Shown: positions 61,137-64,000 of the stretch, one piece after another
Layout: every line of letters starts with the position of its first letter
How positions within the stretch are numbered: position 1 is the stretch's first letter
Assembly: GCF_001447785.1 (NCBI RefSeq)
Contig: NW_015165235.1
Coordinates: 2,041,403-2,105,402, forward strand
Direction: 5' to 3'
Length of the DNA: 64,000 bases
Source of the DNA: Gekko japonicus
Lineage: Eukaryota
The notes under the pieces: generated by a model
Database searches by the model: none
Seen by the model: the letters and a program-made list of their open reading frames with translations, nothing else
Told to the model about the DNA's origin: nothing
Position numbers and translations under genes: made by a program

Positions 61137-61862
61137 GTAGTGCTAAAAGGAGAGAATCATGTACACTGACATGACTAAGTTCCACATGTTGCTTTAATGT
61201 CAATAATGCATGAACTGAATTCTGAGCAGACTGAATTCTCCTTGCTTCTTTGGCGTATTTCTCACTGAGGTGGCAAACCTATGTCTGAGCCAATCTTATT
61301 CAGACTGCAGGTGAGGACTTATGTAACTGAATGGTCTTCCATACAAAAACATCTCTTCCATGTAAAAACCTAGATGTCAAGAAGATAGGGTCTAGTTTAG
61401 TTTTTCCCTGATATACTAGGTTTCTATGTGAATTTTTTTTTCTTCCAGTGTAGGAGCAATCAATTATGTTTCCTTCCACCTGTAGTCTAAGTAGTACAGC
61501 TCAGGTGTAGATTTGCTACCTTGATCAGAACTAAGCCATTAATGTAATCATAGTTTGCATGGTTAGAGATACCCTGGTTTCAAAAGGAGTTTCAAAAGGA
61601 GTAAATGCAACATCGTTATCTCATGTAAGCAATCCTTTTTTTTCAGAGAGTACTTGAGTTACTATTGTTTTTCTATTTTATAGCACTTGTAATATTTTTA
61701 ACAGTATTATCCTATTAAATTTACTCAGACAAAATCCCACTGAGTTCTGGGCAGTTTACTCTCAAGTAAGAATGAATAAAATTGCAGCAATTCTGTGCAT
61801 TCTTACCCCATTGATATTGGTTTCAAATCGATATACTCAGGCTGTTTTTGTACATTCTCATA

Positions 61863-62455
61863 ATAAGAACATAAGAGATGCCAATATTGGGTCAGGCCAA
61901 AGGCCCATCCAGTCCAACACTCTGTGTCACACAGTGGCCAGAAATACCAGTGCCATCAGGAGGTCCACTAGTGGGGCCAGGACATTAGAAGCCCTCCCAC
62001 TGTTGACCCCCCCTAGCACCAAGAAGACAGAGCATCACTTGCCCCAGAGCCCTTATCTATACCTTGTGGCTAATAGCCACTGATGGACCTCTGCTCCATA
62101 TGTTTATCCAATTCCCTCTTGAAGCCATCCATGCTTGTAGCCGCCACCACTTCCTGTGGCAGTGAATTCCATTCCATGTGTTAATCACTCTTTGGGTGAA
62201 GAAGTACTTCCTTTTATCCGTTCTAACCCGACCGCTCAGCAATTTCATTGAGTGCCCACGAGTTCTTGTATTGTGAGAAAGGGAGAAAAGTACCTCTTTC
62301 TCTACCTGCTCTATCCCATGCATAATCTTAGAAACCTCAATCATGTCTCCCCTCAGTCGTCGTTTCTCCAAGCTAAAGAGCCCTAAGCGCTTTAACCTTT
62401 CCTCAGAGGGAAAGTGTTCCAACCCTTTTATCATTCGAGTTGCCCTTTTCTGCAC
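61863..62455 (-). mobile_element. CR1 LINE 3' end (relatively young)
   Basis: QKRATRMIKGLEHFPSEERLKRLGLFSLEKRRLRGDMIEV...FFTQRVINTWN plus CR1 3' tail. Confidence 0.92.
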
Positions 62456-63400
62456 TTACTTGAATAATGATCTTGTCAAGTAATTTATGCTTTATGCTGA
62501 GGTGGTAACTAGTCCATGGCAATATTATTTTCCTTATGGTTGTGAAGTTATAAAGATTAGTGGATTGGAAACAATGCTAGTGTACTGGCTGATCAGAGAT
62601 TCACTCTAGGATTTTAACAAAAGTTCAAACGTCCTGTAGTATAATATACTTGCTAGCCAACGTCATAGGTCTCTAAAAAGATGTGAAGACATCTAAGTGA
62701 CCTTGAAATTCTAAGGGTTTGTAGGTTAGCCATTGTTGAGGCAACAGAGATCCACTTATATCGGCCTCCCCTGTATTGCTGTCAACATCTATCGCTGTCA
62801 ATCTGTATTGTCTGCTCTCCGTCCGTTTCCCCAGTATCAATTACCATCCATCTACAACCCTTGGGGAAGTTATATGGGAGCAGAAGGAGACAGAGTAGTT
62901 GAATGGTTGCCATCGATATAGTAATTGATCTTATTGTAAATTGGGTTTTAATGATGTGATATTTAAAATATTGTATTTCGTATTATTGCTTGTTGTAACC
63001 CACCCTGAGCCTGCTTGCAGGGAAGGTTAGGCTAGAAGTTAAACCAGTAAATGGACACACCCACTGGTCATGTGATCATTGTCCTCTCCAAGAATCTAAT
63101 CTTGGAAAGCACTCCAGTATGTGCTTTTAGAAGAGCCATTTCTCCAAGTCTTGAGTGTCACTTAGAATGACAAGTTCTTGTTGCCTAGGCAATTGGGAAG
63201 TTAAGGGTTCAGGCAAAAGTCCTGAATGCTGAACTCTTCCTCCTCCTCTACACTAGAGACTCCCTTTCAAAGGCCTTCTTTCTGAAGCATATATCCATGC
63301 CATTCCCCCCCAGCTTTAATTTATATTTCAATAAAGAATAAAAAAGCTATCTTTGTGAGAGAGAAAACAGTCGTAATCAAGGGTTTTTGGTTTATTTTAG

Positions 63401-63551
63401 GTGGATGAGAAACAACAGAATGGCTCATCATCTGTAAACACGTCTACCATTTGTGGCTCCAGTCCTACAATAGCTGGGAAATCTGATAGAGGAGATGGAG
63501 AAAATGGGCATTTGGGCACTGGAGTGAGATCAGTATATAGAACTAAAACAG
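63401..63551 (+). CDS. RAD54B: RAD54B second coding exon (gene continues beyond the window)
   Basis: tttattttag|GTG GAT GAG...ACA G|gtaaga, open in phase 0; poorly conserved linker sequence. Confidence 0.75.
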
Positions 63552-64000
63552 GTAAGAAAACACATTCAAAAGCTATCCTGATCTAATGTAAAGCAGAACT
63601 GCTTTTAAATTCACTTCTGGAGGAAACTGCTGGATTCAGGGCAAGTCTATTAAAGATGACAGAGGTATTCAATGTGGGAGAAACATACTTGGCAAAGTAC
63701 ATAGAGAAACAAGTAGCTACACTGCATACACAAAGGGTGGCCTGAATCCCATTGAAGATTTCTGTGGATGGAGGTGGGGGCTGGTGATTAACCTCCTATT
63801 GGTGAACTGTGACTCCTCCATCATGCTCTTCCTGGGAGTCCCCTCCCCTGTTCTCCAGGGCCAACATTTTGGGGAGCATTTGGGGGTGCAGTGGCAGGAG
63901 AGGTGAGGAAGTTGCTCTCTGTGGACAGAAATCCCTTCCTTTGGTGGAAATTACCAGTGGATCCAAGCTGGCATTTGGAGTGTGTCACAGTGCCTGGGTT

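Noticed and set aside
61137-64000. FSBP (nested in RAD54B in human)
   Set aside because: No FSBP-like coding sequence recognised here; expected further downstream, outside the window.
1-64000. CRISPR arrays, operons or prokaryotic defence systems
   Set aside because: Intron-rich vertebrate DNA; the short direct repeats are two-copy local duplications without spacers.

Overview
Eukaryotic (vertebrate) genomic DNA, from a squamate reptile and probably a gecko (Sauria SINEs, Squam3-like tRNA SINEs, CR1/L2/L1 fragments, hAT/Harbinger MITEs). It comes from a draft assembly with two N-gaps. There are three spliced protein-coding genes. (1) VIRMA/KIAA1429, the m6A writer scaffold, + strand: coding exons 2-24 from 5572 to the stop at 46631 (5403 nt in window, splice phases consistent; exon 1 lies upstream of the window). 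(2) A 5-exon, 287-aa RING/TRAF-zinc-finger/coiled-coil E3 ligase of the RNF41(NRDP1)/RNF151 group, - strand (50420-56815), convergent with VIRMA. (3) The 5' end of RAD54B, + strand, which appears to share a CpG-rich bidirectional promoter (~59220-59900) with the RING gene. Most notable: a decayed genomic copy of the end of C2CD2L/TMEM24 exon 1 plus its splice donor, sitting behind a hAT-like transposon end in VIRMA intron 20 (probable Pack-type gene-fragment capture); an in-frame 21-nt candidate microexon in VIRMA intron 7; a GC-AG intron after the 1147-nt exon 8; a Sauria SINE split across a perfect 80-bp inverted duplication (probable 2.8-kb inversion); and two near-identical ~0.7-kb duplications whose junctions fall at SINE heads, one of which duplicates VIRMA exon 4 (likely assembly artefacts). 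Homology calls rely on remembered human protein sequences, not database searches.
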